DNA from: Octopus vulgaris | Lineage: Eukaryota | Assembly: GCA_951406725.2 (NCBI GenBank) | Contig: OX597819.1 | Coordinates: forward strand, 52,390,001-52,454,000 | Reading direction: 5' to 3' | Length of the DNA: 64,000 nucleotides | Shown here: in pieces, positions 1 through 12,480 of the stretch | How positions within the stretch are numbered: the stretch's first letter is position 1 | Layout of the letters: each line of letters opens with the position of its first letter | Notes under the pieces: generated by a model | What the model was told of the DNA's origin: nothing | The model's database searches: none | What the model saw: only the letters and a program-made list of their open reading frames with translations | Made by a program: the position numbers and the translations under genes

Positions 1-80
1 GAAAAGTGGACAGAGGAATCATTTTTTTTCCATGTGATTTTTTTTTTTAATTCATAAAAATGAAGCTTGTTGACACCTAC

Positions 81-161
81 CAAACATCTCTGTTGGTTTT
101 CTTTAGGTTGCTGTCGCCAGTCAGTGACAATCTCTCGTTGCACTTTTGAGCACGGATGTAT
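81..161 (-). CDS. SMG5: SMG5 PIN domain, third coding exon (gene continues left of the window)
   Basis: 81 nt, acceptor tacctctcttctag|A and donor GTTTG|gtaggt. Completes the AG|A Arg codon and reads (R)YIRAQKCNERLSLTGDSNLKKTNRDV(W), versus recalled human RYIRCQKE...KLKRQDADAW. Phase 2 in, phase 2 out. Confidence 0.92.
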
Positions 162-494
162 CTAGAAGAGAGGTAAAAAAATAAAAATAGAAGTTCAATG
201 CCAAGTATGAGCGGGAATATATACAACTGGAATAAAAAAGAAAAAAAAAATTAAAACACAGACAGAAATATGAGAAGGTTAGTTTTATGAAATATGATTT
301 ATAAAGAACAAACAGACATACACACACACACATGATGATAGTATTGTGATAGATTCATTGAAACCATTAAAAACACATTCAAAAATATTACATTCACTTT
401 TATTATAGCATTTTATATGTAACCAATATATGTTTTTATTGATACTCCATTTTACTGACCTTGGGTGCATGTGTGCATGTATGTGTATATCATC

Positions 495-735
495 ATATTC
501 ATCATCATTTAGTGTCCATTTTCCATGCTGGCCAGCCAAAGAGCTGCACCAGGCTCCAATTATTTGTTTGGTATGGTTTCTATAACGGAATGCCTTTCCT
601 AACACCAACCATTTTAGAGTGCATTGGGTACTTTATATGTTGCACCTGCACCTGTGCTTTTTAAGTGGCACTGGTGTTGGTGCTTTTCATGTGGCACCAG
701 CACAAATGCTTTTTATGTGGCACCAGTACAGATAC
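495..735 (-). mobile_element. RTE-type LINE 3' UTR/tail fragment
   Basis: Reverse complement of the GCATGGAAAA..GACxxTAAATGATGATG tail seen on the RTE copies at 37365 and 50183, plus GGTGC..GCACC repeat units. Confidence 0.6.
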
Positions 736-968
736 ACTGAAATAAAATACATGTGATCACATCATATCACACTCATAATCTAAGCAGGTTCTGTGGCCAA
801 TTTTTCTAGGATTTTCATGGAATGTCACCACTTCTTAAATCAAATGAAACTTCTTTGAAGAAGCAGTGGCACACTATGATAATTCCAGAGTAATGGGCCA
901 CTGGAGTGGCTTAAACAAACACTGCAGTCTACATTTGTATTAAGTACTTCTGTGTGTGTGTGTACATA

Positions 969-1122
969 CAGTCATGACCAAGAATTTGGAACACAGGTCT
1001 GAAAATTAGAATTCTTATATTAAAAGCCCAAATATGTACATTGTATATATTTCAATTGAATTGTAGTTGGGTATAACAATTTTAGTTTTAAAAAAAAAGT
1101 TCCAAAACTTTGGCTGCAACTG
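969..1122. mobile_element. Tc1/mariner-type MITE (154 bp)
   Basis: TA on both sides; imperfect TIRs CAGTCATGACCAAGAATTTGGAAC versus reverse complement CAGTTGCAGCCAAAGTTTTGGAAC. Confidence 0.6.
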
Positions 1123-1311
1123 TACATACAGATACATATCGTATTTTATTTTGATTGAGTCAGTCACTTGCAAAGTAATCTCTACTATGGTGGCTAAAAT
1201 GATTGGCAGCAGGAAGGGGATCCAGCCATAAAATACTGCCTCAGAAATGCAATCTAATCCATGCCAGCATGCTAAAACAGATGTAAAACATTGATGATGA
1301 TGATTCTATAT

Positions 1312-1362
<51 letters not shown>

Positions 1363-2134
1363 ACGTACACACAGAAGGCACAGTAATAGAATACAAATGG
1401 GTGTTGATTAAACAAGAGACATAGGAAATTAGAAAGACAATGGGTGAGACAGAAAACAGTGAATGGAAGAGAGAAACTAACAAAAACAATGCGGTAGACT
1501 TAAACAAGAGACAGAAGGCTTATCAAGATACTCCAGTATATAAATATAAAAGAAACACCCAACAAAAACCAACAACAAAAGAAGATATATTCTTAATAAA
1601 AATCAGTATCATGTGTATAGACATGCTTTTTGGTAAACTGGGGAGTAAGGAAAGAGATTATATTAAATTCTCTTGACACAGTCTATTACATAAACTAGTG
1701 AAAGGAACGCCTCTCCTCACCAAAAGACATGAAAATAAATGGAAATTGGCAAACCGCAGAGAAGAGGAAGGGCGGTGCAAAAATAATCAACAAGAAAGAG
1801 AATAGCAGGAATAACAACAAGAGACACTATCAAGAAAAATTCCCCCATGTAGATATCAAAAACATATTTTCATAGATGAAAGAGATATGGAAAGATAACA
1901 GATGGAATTTTAAATAAATGGTATAAAAAAAAGAAATAAAACAAAACAAAAAACAAGAGGAAACTTACTGTGAGAATAAATAAATTAATAAAATTGTAAG
2001 CAATACAACATAATAGGTGGTGTTGATTAAAACAATAGTGCAGAGGAAAGATACTAAATACAGATACTGCAGAAACAGTCTTCCAACATTAGATTCTTCA
2101 GACTCACAAACAATGACATCAACAAAATAATAAT

Positions 2135-2350
2135 AATCCTTTCTACAAAAATTACTAGGCCTGAAATTTAGGAGGAAGGGCAAGTCAATTTTTCGATCCC
2201 TAGTGCATAACTGGTACTTATTTCATCAACCACGAAAGCATGAAAGACAAAGTCAACCTTGATGGAATTTGAACTCAGAACATGAAGTTGGACGAGATGC
2301 CCCTAAGCATTTTGCCTGGCGTACTAATGATTCTGCCAGCTCACCACTTT
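2135..2350 (-). mobile_element. tRNA-derived SINE family B
   Basis: Reverse complement of the family-B pattern (AAGGxGGxGAGCTGGCAGAA...TTCTGAGTTCAAATTCC...AAGTACCAGT...GGCCTxGT..GTAGAAAGGATTATT) repeated about 20 times in the window. Confidence 0.75.
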
Positions 2351-2382
2351 AATAATAATACTAATAATAGTCACTGAGGTAC

Positions 2383-2800
2383 AGGCATGACTGTGTGGTT
2401 AAGACACTTGCTTTCCAGCCATGTGGACTCAGGTTCAGTCCCACTGCACAACACCCTAGCAAGGTGTATTCTATTTCAGCCCTGGGCCCACCAAAATATT
2501 GTGTGTAGATTTGGTAGATGGAAACTAAAATAAGACCGTCATATATATGTGAATGTATGTACCTTTGTTTTGACATCACATGATAGGGTTGTAAATGAGT
2601 CTCACCATCATAAAAGAGGTGTTGATTCATTTCCAGTCTTTCATGAAAAAAGTGCCTGGCCATGAGAAATATCACCTTGCTTACAAGCAAGTGAAGGTTG
2701 ATAACAGAAAGAGCATCCAGCCATAGAAAATCTGCTTCAACAAATTCCAACTGACCCATACAAGCATGGAAAAGTGGAGGTTAAATGATGATGATGATGC
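2383..2800 (+). mobile_element. tRNA-headed SINE with RTE-type 3' tail
   Basis: Head GTGTGGTTAAG...GGTTCAGTCCC (A/B-box like), core GATTTGGTAGATGGAAACT, and tail GCATGGAAAAGTGGAGGTTAAATGATGATG shared with the RTE 3' ends. Confidence 0.7.
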
Positions 2801-5025
2801 TGTCAACGGCAGCAGTTAACATTCACTTTTCCATGCCTGTAAGGGTTAGAATTTTTGTCTCTGAGAAAATGTTTCACAACCAGATCCCTTCACCTCACTA
2901 AACCTTTTGGCCATCACATGTGACACCCAGTGACATGGCATATCTATTCAAAGTTGCAAACAGACAATTCCTAACAACACAGCTAAGACATTTAAAACTT
3001 ATTGGAAAAGCATGGCCTTGTAATCTCTAGGGATTTTATTTATATATTTGTAGCAACCACACAGTCACCAGCACAATGGGGTCACTCAACCTGCTTAAAA
3101 TTGCAGCTAAATCTACCTTTGGCAGTTGGCATAGCTTTGTTTATGGCTATGCTTAGAGCTAAGCAACAACAACAATAGCAACAACAACTGCAGGAACTTA
3201 ATTCAAAAGATTAAAGCTTTCTCTTTGAGTCTAAAAACTACTTCAGCTCTGCAATGCTTAAGTACAACCCAAACAAGAGTTAAGCAAAATCCTCAATTTG
3301 ACTCAAAAAGCATAATAAGCAAAATGAGGGAAGAAAATAGTTGTCAAAAGGAACACTCCTATTTCCTCGGGAGAAGGTATTGCATTACATTTCTGACACT
3401 TACTTTGGTAAAGATCGAACCCTTGACATGTCAGTTTCCTTGTCGTTGACGTTACGATTGCAATTGTTACAATCTGACTAAAAATGCATCTCAGAAATAC
3501 AGAAACACAGATATCCTTGCTTCCAAAGTTTCAATGCAATATTTGAATTTCCAAATCAATCTAGAACCAAATCTGCAACCATCATTGCCTGTCACCACCA
3601 CCACCACAACTATTTTTTTTTTAATGTCTGTTTTTCTCTGACAGCATGAGCTGAACATGTCTGTGGTACAGCGTATCAGCATTTTGTCATCTTGCCCATG
3701 TAAAAACAACCAATCAGCTACATAAACATATATATATATATATATATTTAATGACAGGCTTTCTTTTGTAATAGATCTGATAAGGTGGATAGAGTGAAGT
3801 GAATTTATTCAGTGATCTGAATTTATTTCAAATGAACTGGTAGGAAAATTGTGTACAATTATATGCATAACATAATTATTGTATCAGAACATTCCAGATG
3901 TGTTGTAATACACAGATAAGTCTCTCTCTCAGACCATCTGTCGAGGGAGACAGAATTTCAAATTGTGAAGGAAAAAAAAAAGAAAAAAAAGAGAGAGAGA
4001 GAGAGACGACATTTTCACAGAATCTGTTTTATGCTGGCCTCAATGGTGTGAGTCAGTTGATAGTAAAGAAATATATATATATCATGTTTGGTATTAATTT
4101 ACTTGAGCGTGAAACATGTGATGTGAAGTATCTTTTCTAATAGACACATCACCAGTTATGGAACAGACTTAAAGGCTCTAAGGCTCTAAATAAGAAAACA
4201 ATTTGGGGAGGTTTGTGGGTGGATGGGAAGGAATTAGGCTCTTATCCCTTGTGAGAATATGAAGGCCAAACAGATGGATCACAGTTTTTGAGATCTACAA
4301 GTTGGGAGCCTCATACAGTTTTTGTCTAATCTAAACCATGTATTCTTTCTCTCTATCTATATCTATCTCAGTCAAATAGTATATATATGTATATATATGT
4401 GTGTGTGTGTATACACATATACACACACATATATATATATGCAACCAAAATAAATCCAGATAAATGAGGTTCAAACAATATCAACTAATACATAAATGAT
4501 TAAAAGGCAATATATGAAAAAAAAAAGCAGACAGTGATCTATCAAGACAAATGATACAGTACAGTTTGTCAGTTTGAATAAGCACATATCCCACAAGAAG
4601 ACAAGTATACTCATATTTTTGGGACTGACACTATGTCTGAGAGAGACAAAAAAAAAAATAAATAAAAACAAAAAATAATCTGACAATGAGTCAATTGCAA
4701 AACATAAATATCCTCTTTCTCCCTTTGGTATGCAAACTTATGCAAGCTCACAAACTTCATAATATAAAAGCAGTATAACTGACTGAATGTGTATGATTCT
4801 GTAATTGTTGAAAGTGTGATGTTGTTTATTTTTTTTTTTAATCAAGTGCTACTGATAACATAGTCTCAAATACAGAACAGTCTGTTACACAGACAAATTC
4901 TTTTGCAAATAAGTTGGCTCCTTGACCAGGAAAGTTTGCCTGATGAGGAGGGTTGTCAGAAACCCAGTAAGGTAGAACAAGGTCTGTCAAAAGGACAAAT
5001 GAAACCAACATAGGGTCAACAACAA

Positions 5026-6304
5026 TTAGGTTGGCAAGAAAGTAATTTAATTTTTTGTGAATAGATAGGGTTACTATTTTTTTAAATGACTTTTGTCAAT
5101 GTTATGATTTTTATCCTTTTGACATTTGATAGTCGTTACTTTTAGCTTACTTTAGAAGCAAATTGCACGTAATTTTGTTTACAACTGTTAGTTCAGTGTC
5201 AATTTTAACATGGAGTGCAAAAATGAATATTTTCACTATATTTTGCTTCTTTTTTTTTTTTCGTAAAGGCAAGAAAGCTACTGAGGCTCACAAAGAGATA
5301 TGTGAAGTTTATGGTGTTGATTGATTAACAAAATGCACATGTAGGAATGGTTTAAAATATTCCATTCTGGAGATTTTTCACTCAAAGATGACCAACATTC
5401 TGGTCGACCTACTGAAGTTGATGATGACCAAATCAAAGCCATAATTGAATGTGATTGTCATATAACTGAGCAAGAGATTGCAGAGAGGTTAAATGTATCA
5501 CACACAACAACTGAAAATCGCTTAAAATTTCTTGGACTTGTTAAGAAGCTCGATATTTGTGTTCCACATAAATTGAAAGAGATTCACTTAACACAATGAA
5601 TCAATATTTGTGGTATGCATGTCAAACACAATGAAATCAACCTTTTTTTAAACGAATCATCACTGGTGATGAAAAATAGATTGTCTACAATAGCATCAAT
5701 CAAAAACGACCATGCTCCAAGCGCAATGAACCAGCACAAACAACATCAACAACTGAATTGCATAAAAAAGTCATGCTGTCAATATAGTGGGATTACGAAG
5801 GTGTTGTGTATTTTGAGCTGCTTCCAAGGAACCAAACAATTGATTCAGATACCTATTATCAACAATTTATGAAACTGGAGGAAGCAATCAAAGAAAAACG
5901 GCCAGAATTGGCAAATCGTAAAAGAATCAAGTTCCACCATGACATCGCTAGACCACACACATCTTTGCTAACTCGTGAAAAATTATTGGAGCTTGGTTGG
6001 GAAATGATGTCACATCCACTATATAGCCCCTGGACCTTGCACCATCAGATTGACATTTATTTCGAAGTTTGCAAAATTCTTTGAATGGTAAAACTTTCAA
6101 TAATGATGATGACCTGAAATCACACTTGCTTCAGTTTTTGGCTAAGGACCAGAAGTTCTATGAGTAACAGAATCATGAAGTTGTCAGAAAGATGGCAAAA
6201 GGTCATTGAACAAAATAGAGACTATATAGTTGATTAAAGTATGACAAAATAAATGACTTTTACTTCACACTAAAAAAACTAAAATTACTTTCTTGCCACC
6301 CCAA
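5026..6304 (+). mobile_element. Full-length degenerate mariner (DD34D) transposon, mellifera-subfamily-like
   Basis: 1279 bp; TIRs TTAGGTTGGCAAGAAAGTAATTT / TTGGGGTGGCAAGAAAGTAATTT. Transposase runs from ATG 5210 to TAA about 6237 with stops and frameshifts: MECKNEYFHYILL..FRKGK, SGDFSLKD..SGRP, CVPHKL (WVPHEL), ITGDEK, HHDIARPH, YSPxDLAPSD, ERWQKVIEQN. Confidence 0.95.
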
Positions 6305-7135
6305 TTCTTAGAAAAACCCAAGGAACAAAAACTACTGACAGGGTAGTGGTTTGTTGCTTGAGCAGTATCCCATAGCTTTTGTTAAAATAAGTCTCTTGGA
6401 CAAGGTACTACAATTGTGCCTACACATTGAATGGTAGTACAACTGAGGGTGTGAGTGGGTGGGGGGTCTGGGATCAGCAACTTTGGATAAGGATAACTCT
6501 GAGCTTAAACTGCTTGTGACAGCCTGTGAAAAAGAAAATGCCAAGGGAGTCAACCCCAATGGTAAACTGAAATGCAAGAGAACCTAGAGTCCACCAACTC
6601 AATTCATTCTGAAGAATGCATGAAGACACAAGTGGAAAATGGTAGCTGTTTCTGAGACCCCAGATCCTCAGCAGTGTCATTCATTCAATTAGTCTGAAAT
6701 TGTTTTACAGCCAAGTTAGAAATATTTTCTTGAGTTAATTAGTTCATATGTTATATATATTGTAATGAGTAACCTAATTTTCTCCAGACCTAAAGGAAAA
6801 GAAAAGCGTCTGGCTGGTTCATGATTCAACAGAATCATGAACCAGACGCCTTTCTTTTGTCTTTTCTTTCCATTTTTGTTTTTCTTTTTTTTTTGCAATT
6901 AGCCATTAAGCCTTACATATTCATTCATTAATCATTGCGTATGTACTCACACTGGGTGTACATTTGCATCTGGGTCTGAGGCATAGATACAATGAATGTT
7001 GTAACTGTGTATAGACTATAGAAACAAAGAAAACAGTGCTTTAGTGTGTGTGTGTGTGTATATATATACACACACTACATATGTATAGAGAAAATGAATG
7101 ATAGTGAGATAGAGAGATACATGGATGTGTATATG

Positions 7136-7176
<41 letters not shown>

Positions 7177-8273
7177 ATATATATATGTATATATATATGT
7201 GTGTGTGTGTGTGTATAAAGAGAAAGATAGTTGTAGCCCAAATTCTTAGATACATAGCAATTAAAATCATATGTTACTGGATGTATTTGTGAACACAGCA
7301 CATTTCTCACAGAAGTAGTTTGGGTGGGTATAAACGAGATTATTTTTTGTTGTTGTATCAAACAACCAGTTTCACTACCACCATCACTAACTAGTTTTGA
7401 GAAAAAAAGTAAAAGAAAAAAGATAAAAATCTACGACACCCCTCCACCCTTATCCCCACCCAGCCACCCTTGGCCTCCCTCCAATGTCGTCACCACCCAA
7501 CAACCCTCATCTCTAGTTTATTTGTTCTGCTATCTTCACAGCCATCCATTCCCCCTTTACCCTGGTATCACTTTTGATTTCAAAAAAACGGGGTGACAGC
7601 GAAATTTGGATAGCTTAACTCAATTTATAAAGCTTAAGATAACACAAAAAAGAAAACTGAAAAAAAAAAAGAAAGAAAAACGAACAAAAAAACCAAACAA
7701 AAAATACAGGAAAAAAACCCTCAATAAAAAATTTGAAAAAAAAAATGGAAACAAAAACGGCAAACAGAACAAACAAAAGCAAGCAAGAAAAGAAGACATA
7801 TCCTAATGAGACACCTCCCACCCCCGCACACCACAACTAGTTTCACTGCTGTTCCTGCTGAAATAACGCTGCACTTTCTACTTCCCACGTATGGTTAACA
7901 TTACAGGAACAATTTATTTATTTTTAATTTGAGAAACCCCCACCACTCACACACACACATACATATACATACATCACCACCTCCTACCCCTTCTCTTTGC
8001 CCACTTCCTTCACTCTCCCCTTCTCTCTCTGTCTATCTATCTATCTATCTATCTCTTCTTCCGCTTTGAACACATGAAGCCAGCAAGTTCTTCATGTTAT
8101 TATACATCAATTAATTTATTAATTTGCCAGAACAAATAAATAAAATATCCCGCTCCCCCGCATATATGTATCTACAAGCCACACAAATACACAAATCCAA
8201 ACTCATACACACACACACCTACGTGCATGGAAAAAGCAAACGTAAAAAATGATTTTTATATATATTTACACAC

Positions 8274-8605
8274 AGGTTCAGTCCCACTGTGTGGCACCTT
8301 GGGCAAGCGTCTTCTACTATAGCCTCGGGCCGACCAAAGCCTTGCGAGTGGATTTGGTAGACGGAAACTGAAAGAAGCCCGTCGTATATATGTATATATG
8401 TGTGTGTGTTTGTCTCCCCCAACATCGCTTGACAACCGATGCTGGTGTGTTTATGTCTCCGGTAACTTAACAGTTCGGCAAAAGAGACTGATAGTATAAG
8501 TACTAGGCTTACAAAGAATAAATCCTGGGGTCAGTTTGCTCAACTAGAGGCAGTGCTCCAGCATGGCCACAGTCAACTGACTGAAACAAGTAAAAGAATA
8601 AAAGA
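8274..8605 (+). mobile_element. tRNA-derived SINE family A (5' truncated)
   Basis: GGTTCAGTCCCACTG...GGATTTGGTAGACGGAAACTGAAAGAAGCCCGTCG, (TA/TG)n spacer, ...GCATGGCCACAGTC..TGACTGAAACAAGTAAAAGA tail; near-identical to the copy at 43153-43600. Confidence 0.85.
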
Positions 8606-8783
8606 ACACACACACACACACACAAACGTGTGCACTTTTCTGAAGCATAGCTGGTGTGGTTAAAAAAAAAATTTGCCTAGTGACCATGTAGTTTTCAGGT
8701 TCAATCCATTCTCAGCTTGGGCAAGTGACTTCTATAATAACTTGTGAATGAAATTTTGTATACAGAAAGATTATGAAAGCCCA

Positions 8784-8822
<39 letters not shown>

Positions 8823-8992
8823 AACACACACATGCTATTATGTAGTACCAGCACAGGTGTTTTATATGTGGCACTTGCATGGAATGTATAATGTGACACC
8901 GGCATGGCTGCATTCTATGTGGCACTTGTACAAGTGCCTTTTTACATGGCACCAGGCACTGGTACCTTTTACATGGCACCAGCATGGTGGCA

Positions 8993-9330
8993 GGGAGATG
9001 TGTGACTGTGTGATAAGAGATATGCTTTCCAGCCACATGGTACCAGGTTCAGTCCCATTGTGTACTGACCAAAGCCTTGTGAGTGGATTTGATAGATGGA
9101 AGCTGAAGGAAGCCTATCATCTGCATGCGTGCGTGTGTGTGTGTGTGTGTGATTGTGTTTGTTCCCCACCACTATTTGACAACTGGTGTTGGTGTGTTTA
9201 TGTCCCTGTAACTGAACAGTTCAGAATAAGATCCAGGCAGAAGAAAAAAGAAGTACAGAGGTTAATTTGTTCGACAAACTTTTGAAAGTGGTGCTCCAGC
9301 ATGGCTGCAGTCAAAAGACTGAAACAAGTA
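8993..9330 (+). mobile_element. SINE family A, diverged copy
   Basis: Same head, core and tail motifs as the 8274 and 43153 copies. Confidence 0.75.
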
Positions 9331-9391
9331 GATCACCCAACAAGTATATCACCATTTAATGTCCACTGTACCATACTTGCATGCTTTAGAT

Positions 9392-9701
9392 TAGGCCAGA
9401 CCAACTTGAATTACATTGCAGGCCACTTTAATCAAAGAAAGTTTTTTGAGGGCTGCTTGTATACTGACAGAATTGAAAGCATTTTGCTTTCTCATGCTAT
9501 TAATATTATAATGAATGAATGATCCTCATTGCAAAAACAGTAGTATCTTTCTTTTTTACTTTTAATTACAATCTTTAATTTCTGATAAAATTTTCAAAAT
9601 GTTTCTTTAAATAAACCCATTTCAAGAAAGTATCGAGCAGGCCACAAGATAAACACCCGCAGGCCACATGCGGCCTGTGGGCCTCGGGTTGGCCAGCCCT
9701 G
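9392..9701. mobile_element. hAT (Charlie-like) MITE inserted in an RTE-tailed repeat
   Basis: Ends TAGGCCAGACCAAC and (reverse complement) CAGGGCTGGCCAAC; 8-bp TSD CTTTAGAT (9384-9391) / GTTTAGAT (9702-9709); the host repeat resumes on both sides. Confidence 0.7.
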
Positions 9702-10199
9702 GTTTAGATGGAATTTTCTGAGGCAGCTTTTCTACAGCCAGATGCCCTTCTTGTTGCCAACCCTCGCCTGTTATTAGATAAGCTAATATTTTCCTCATGC
9801 CTAGGCATACTGCCATGGGTGGAAGACAGGAAACAAACAAACTTGCTTGAGTGATGATGATGATGATGATGAAGTTCATTTAGAACCTTCACATGGTATC
9901 TACACAATGGTGCAAACTTACATACACACACACACATGTATGTGTTGGCATGTGTGTCCTTGAGGCTCATCACATTGATACTGCTCAGGCAGTGCTGACA
10001 CTTGTATATGTTTAATATAGAGAAAACATTCCACAGCTTGACAAAGAAACATGTCAGTTTGATACATGACAGCAAGCAAGGGTAGGCACCAGGAAAGACA
10101 TCAAACCACAGACAACAGCCTTAAGAAGCCCTCCTTAACCCATGCCAGCTTGAGAAAAGTTCATGCAACAATGACGAAAATATTAGTATGTAATAAACG

Positions 10200-10531
10200 T
10201 ATATTATTTACATTCAATGGATATTTGTCCTCATCTTGTTTGTTGTTAACACAACATTTCAGCTGTTATACCTCCCAGCCTTCATATCAGGTGTCTGGGG
10301 GAAATTTCGAACCTGGGTTCTCATTCCTAAGGTATTTTTCGATGGTTTTGTTGTTGTTATTGTCCAGGTCACTCCTGGAATCGAACTCGGAATCTTGGGG
10401 TTAAGAGTGCGAGCTAACAACCCCAAGATTCCGAGTTCGATTCCAGGAGTGAGCTGGACAATAACAATAACAACAACAACAATAACAATAATAATAATAA
10501 TAATAATAATGACAATAACAACATCGAAAAA
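10200..10531 (-). mobile_element. tRNA-headed element carrying a degenerate hammerhead motif, with inverted 5' duplication
   Basis: Minus strand reads: B-box GAGTTCGATTCC, (AAC/AAT)n spacer, CATCGAAAAATACCTTAGG..., then a hammerhead-like motif. The head is duplicated in inverted orientation (arms 10354-10402 and 10419-10467). Confidence 0.7.
10249..10294 (-). ncRNA. Degenerate minimal type I hammerhead ribozyme motif
   Basis: acac-CTGA(TA)TGA-a-ggctg...cagct-GAAAT-GTT-gtgt: stem I ACAC/GTGT, stem II GGCTG/CAGCT. It has a 2-nt insertion in the core and GAAAT instead of GAAAC, so this copy is probably inactive. Confidence 0.55.
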
Positions 10532-11226
10532 ACCCATGCCAAAACAGACACAGAAGCATGGTGCAATCTTCTGTCTAGCCAGCTCCTGTCAAACCATCAA
10601 ACCCATGCCAGCATGGGAGGAAGACGTTAAATGGTGATGATGCTGGTGCAGTTTCTCCTTCCCCTACCTCTTGCTTGCTGTCACATAGATATACTTGATG
10701 GTTGACTATACATATAGAAATGTTATACATGTGTTGTGTGCACAGTCCCAGTTAGAAAGTGTTTGTCCCTATCTAAACATGGCAAGGAAGCTTGTCTCTC
10801 AACACATACAGCTTCACAGGAAAATGATAGGCTGACAAAAGTGCATTCACGGGGTAACATTACAAGTAAAAGTGATGCCATAATAATGAATATATATCAG
10901 GGATATGGTTTGTCACTTGTAATCATTATCAGTGAAATTAAGGAGAGTTGGAGAAAGAGAGAGGGACGGAAAGGGAGAGCAGGGGAGTATGTGAAATACA
11001 ACAGTCTAATTTTAAAAACGGCTAAACCCACTCTGTTGTGTCTTTGTTCTTCCGGATGAAGGGTCAAGCTCATTAGTACACTTGTATTCATTTCTCTGAT
11101 CAAGAGTGGCTACTTGTGATCGTACATATTTCAACAGTTTATTAAGCAAATATTCGATTTAGCAGCTAAAGTAAAAATAAACATACACATACATACGTGT
11201 GTGTGTGTGTGTGTGTGTGCACATTA

Positions 11227-11267
<41 letters not shown>

Positions 11268-11650
11268 ATAGTGAGCACATAGTTTGCTTGATGCATTGAT
11301 ATATGTATCTTTCTCCCTCTCCCAATGTGTGTGTGTGTGTGTGTGTGTGAGCCACAATTCTTGTTCATATGATGATAATGAAGATGATATGAGAGCATGT
11401 GAAGGAGTGCCAGGCATATATAATGTAAAGGCCATTGGAATCGGTTCAAGAATGTACAGGGCATTTCTCTAATAAGTATTTGTTTATCAATAATAACAAC
11501 GATGTTTTTGAAATGAAATGAAAATCTTGGAACTCATTTGACTGTTTGTTGAAGCAGAATTAAAGACTCTGCCCAAATTTACTGTTACAAATTATAAGAG
11601 AAGAACGGTCGCTGACCTAGCACTAAAATCAGAGACATGAGTTTTATCCT

Positions 11651-11880
11651 GTCATCATCATCATTTAATGTCCGTTTTCCATGCTAGCATGGGTTGGACG
11701 GTTCGACTGGGGTCTGGGAAGCCAGGAGGTTGCACCAGGCTCCAGTCTGATCTGGCAATGTTTCTACAGCTGGATGCCCTTCCTAATGCCAATCACTCCG
11801 TGAGTGTAGTGGGTGCTTTTTACGTGCCACCGGCACAGGTGACAGGGGCCACAATCGGTTGGTGCTTTTTACATGCCACC
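11651..11880 (-). mobile_element. RTE LINE 3' UTR/tail fragment
   Basis: Reverse complement of the 3' UTR of the RTE copies at 37365 and 50183, ending in (ATG)n. Confidence 0.75.
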
Positions 11881-12054
11881 ACTCACTAATATCATAATGT
11901 GTATGTATATCTCTTTTACTACTTTCAGCTCAAGGTTTGTGGCCATTTGGTGAATGAGGGAGTTTGATGCTGATGCCCCCATTCCCATTTCCTGTTCATC
12001 TGGGACTTGTGACAATAGGGTGATCTAGATTAGTTCTGAAGACACTTATATCAA

Positions 12055-12280
12055 CACCTGAGAAGACCCATAAAGTCAAGTGAAATTGTAGTCATGGCAA
12101 ACACTGGTGTCATACAACTGGTACTCTCAGAGTGGTTGGCATTAGGAAGGGCACCCAGATGTAGAAATCATACCAAATTAGACTGCAGTCTGGTGCAGCC
12201 CCTCAGCTTGCCAGCTCTGGTCAAACTGTCCAACATATACCAGCATGGACAATGAATGTTAAATGATGATGATGATGATG
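12055..12280 (+). mobile_element. RTE LINE 3' end fragment
   Basis: GAGAAGACC ORF end, GAGTGGTTGGCATTAGGAAGGGCA, and CAGCATGG...GTTAAATGATGATG tail. Confidence 0.7.
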
Positions 12281-12480
12281 TAGATCTCTCAGCTCCTCTG
12301 GGAGGATATTGAAGAGTTGTGGGTCCTTGAATCCCAAGCTATTACAATACCTAGTCTCTGTATTTTGAGAGTAGGGGAAGGATTTTAGGCACTATGAAAT
12401 GGCACCCTGTTCAGGTGTTTGTATAACTTTTAATACCAAAGTCTGGGACAAGTCTTTCCAGTATCTTCCAGATGTATAAG
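12278..12480 (-). mobile_element. CR1/L2-group LINE ORF2 C-terminal relic
   Basis: Translates with a stop and frameshift to LYIWKILERLVPDFGIKSYTN..G...VPKI...RYCNSLGFKDPQLFNILPEELRDL, typical of the post-RT region of CR1-group ORF2. Confidence 0.65.

Noticed and set aside
4933-4978. CTGATGA...GAAACCCAGTA hammerhead-like motif
   Set aside because: Stem II does not close and stem I is out of register; at best a very old relic.
6332-6523. Strong minus-strand acceptor (ttttctttttcacag) followed by an ORF
   Set aside because: In the SMG5 phase it stops after five codons; no good donor and no recognisable domain.
6640-6680. Minus-strand CTGAGGA...GAAACAGCT
   Set aside because: No usable stem II or stem I pairing.
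8840-8985. CRISPR-like repeat/spacer appearance (also 37470-37685 and 50590-50800)
   Set aside because: The units are degenerate parts of RTE 3' UTRs in eukaryotic DNA, the spacers are related to each other, and there are no cas genes.
10399-10447. tRNA gene
   Set aside because: Only a partial D-arm-to-T-arm region with no acceptor stem; it is a SINE-type head, as are the other A/B-box matches.
10897-11165. Minus-strand frame KYVRSQ..., superficially like SMG5 RYIRxQ
   Set aside because: All frames from the nearest acceptor hit stops, and the exon at 161-81 fits phase and sequence far better.
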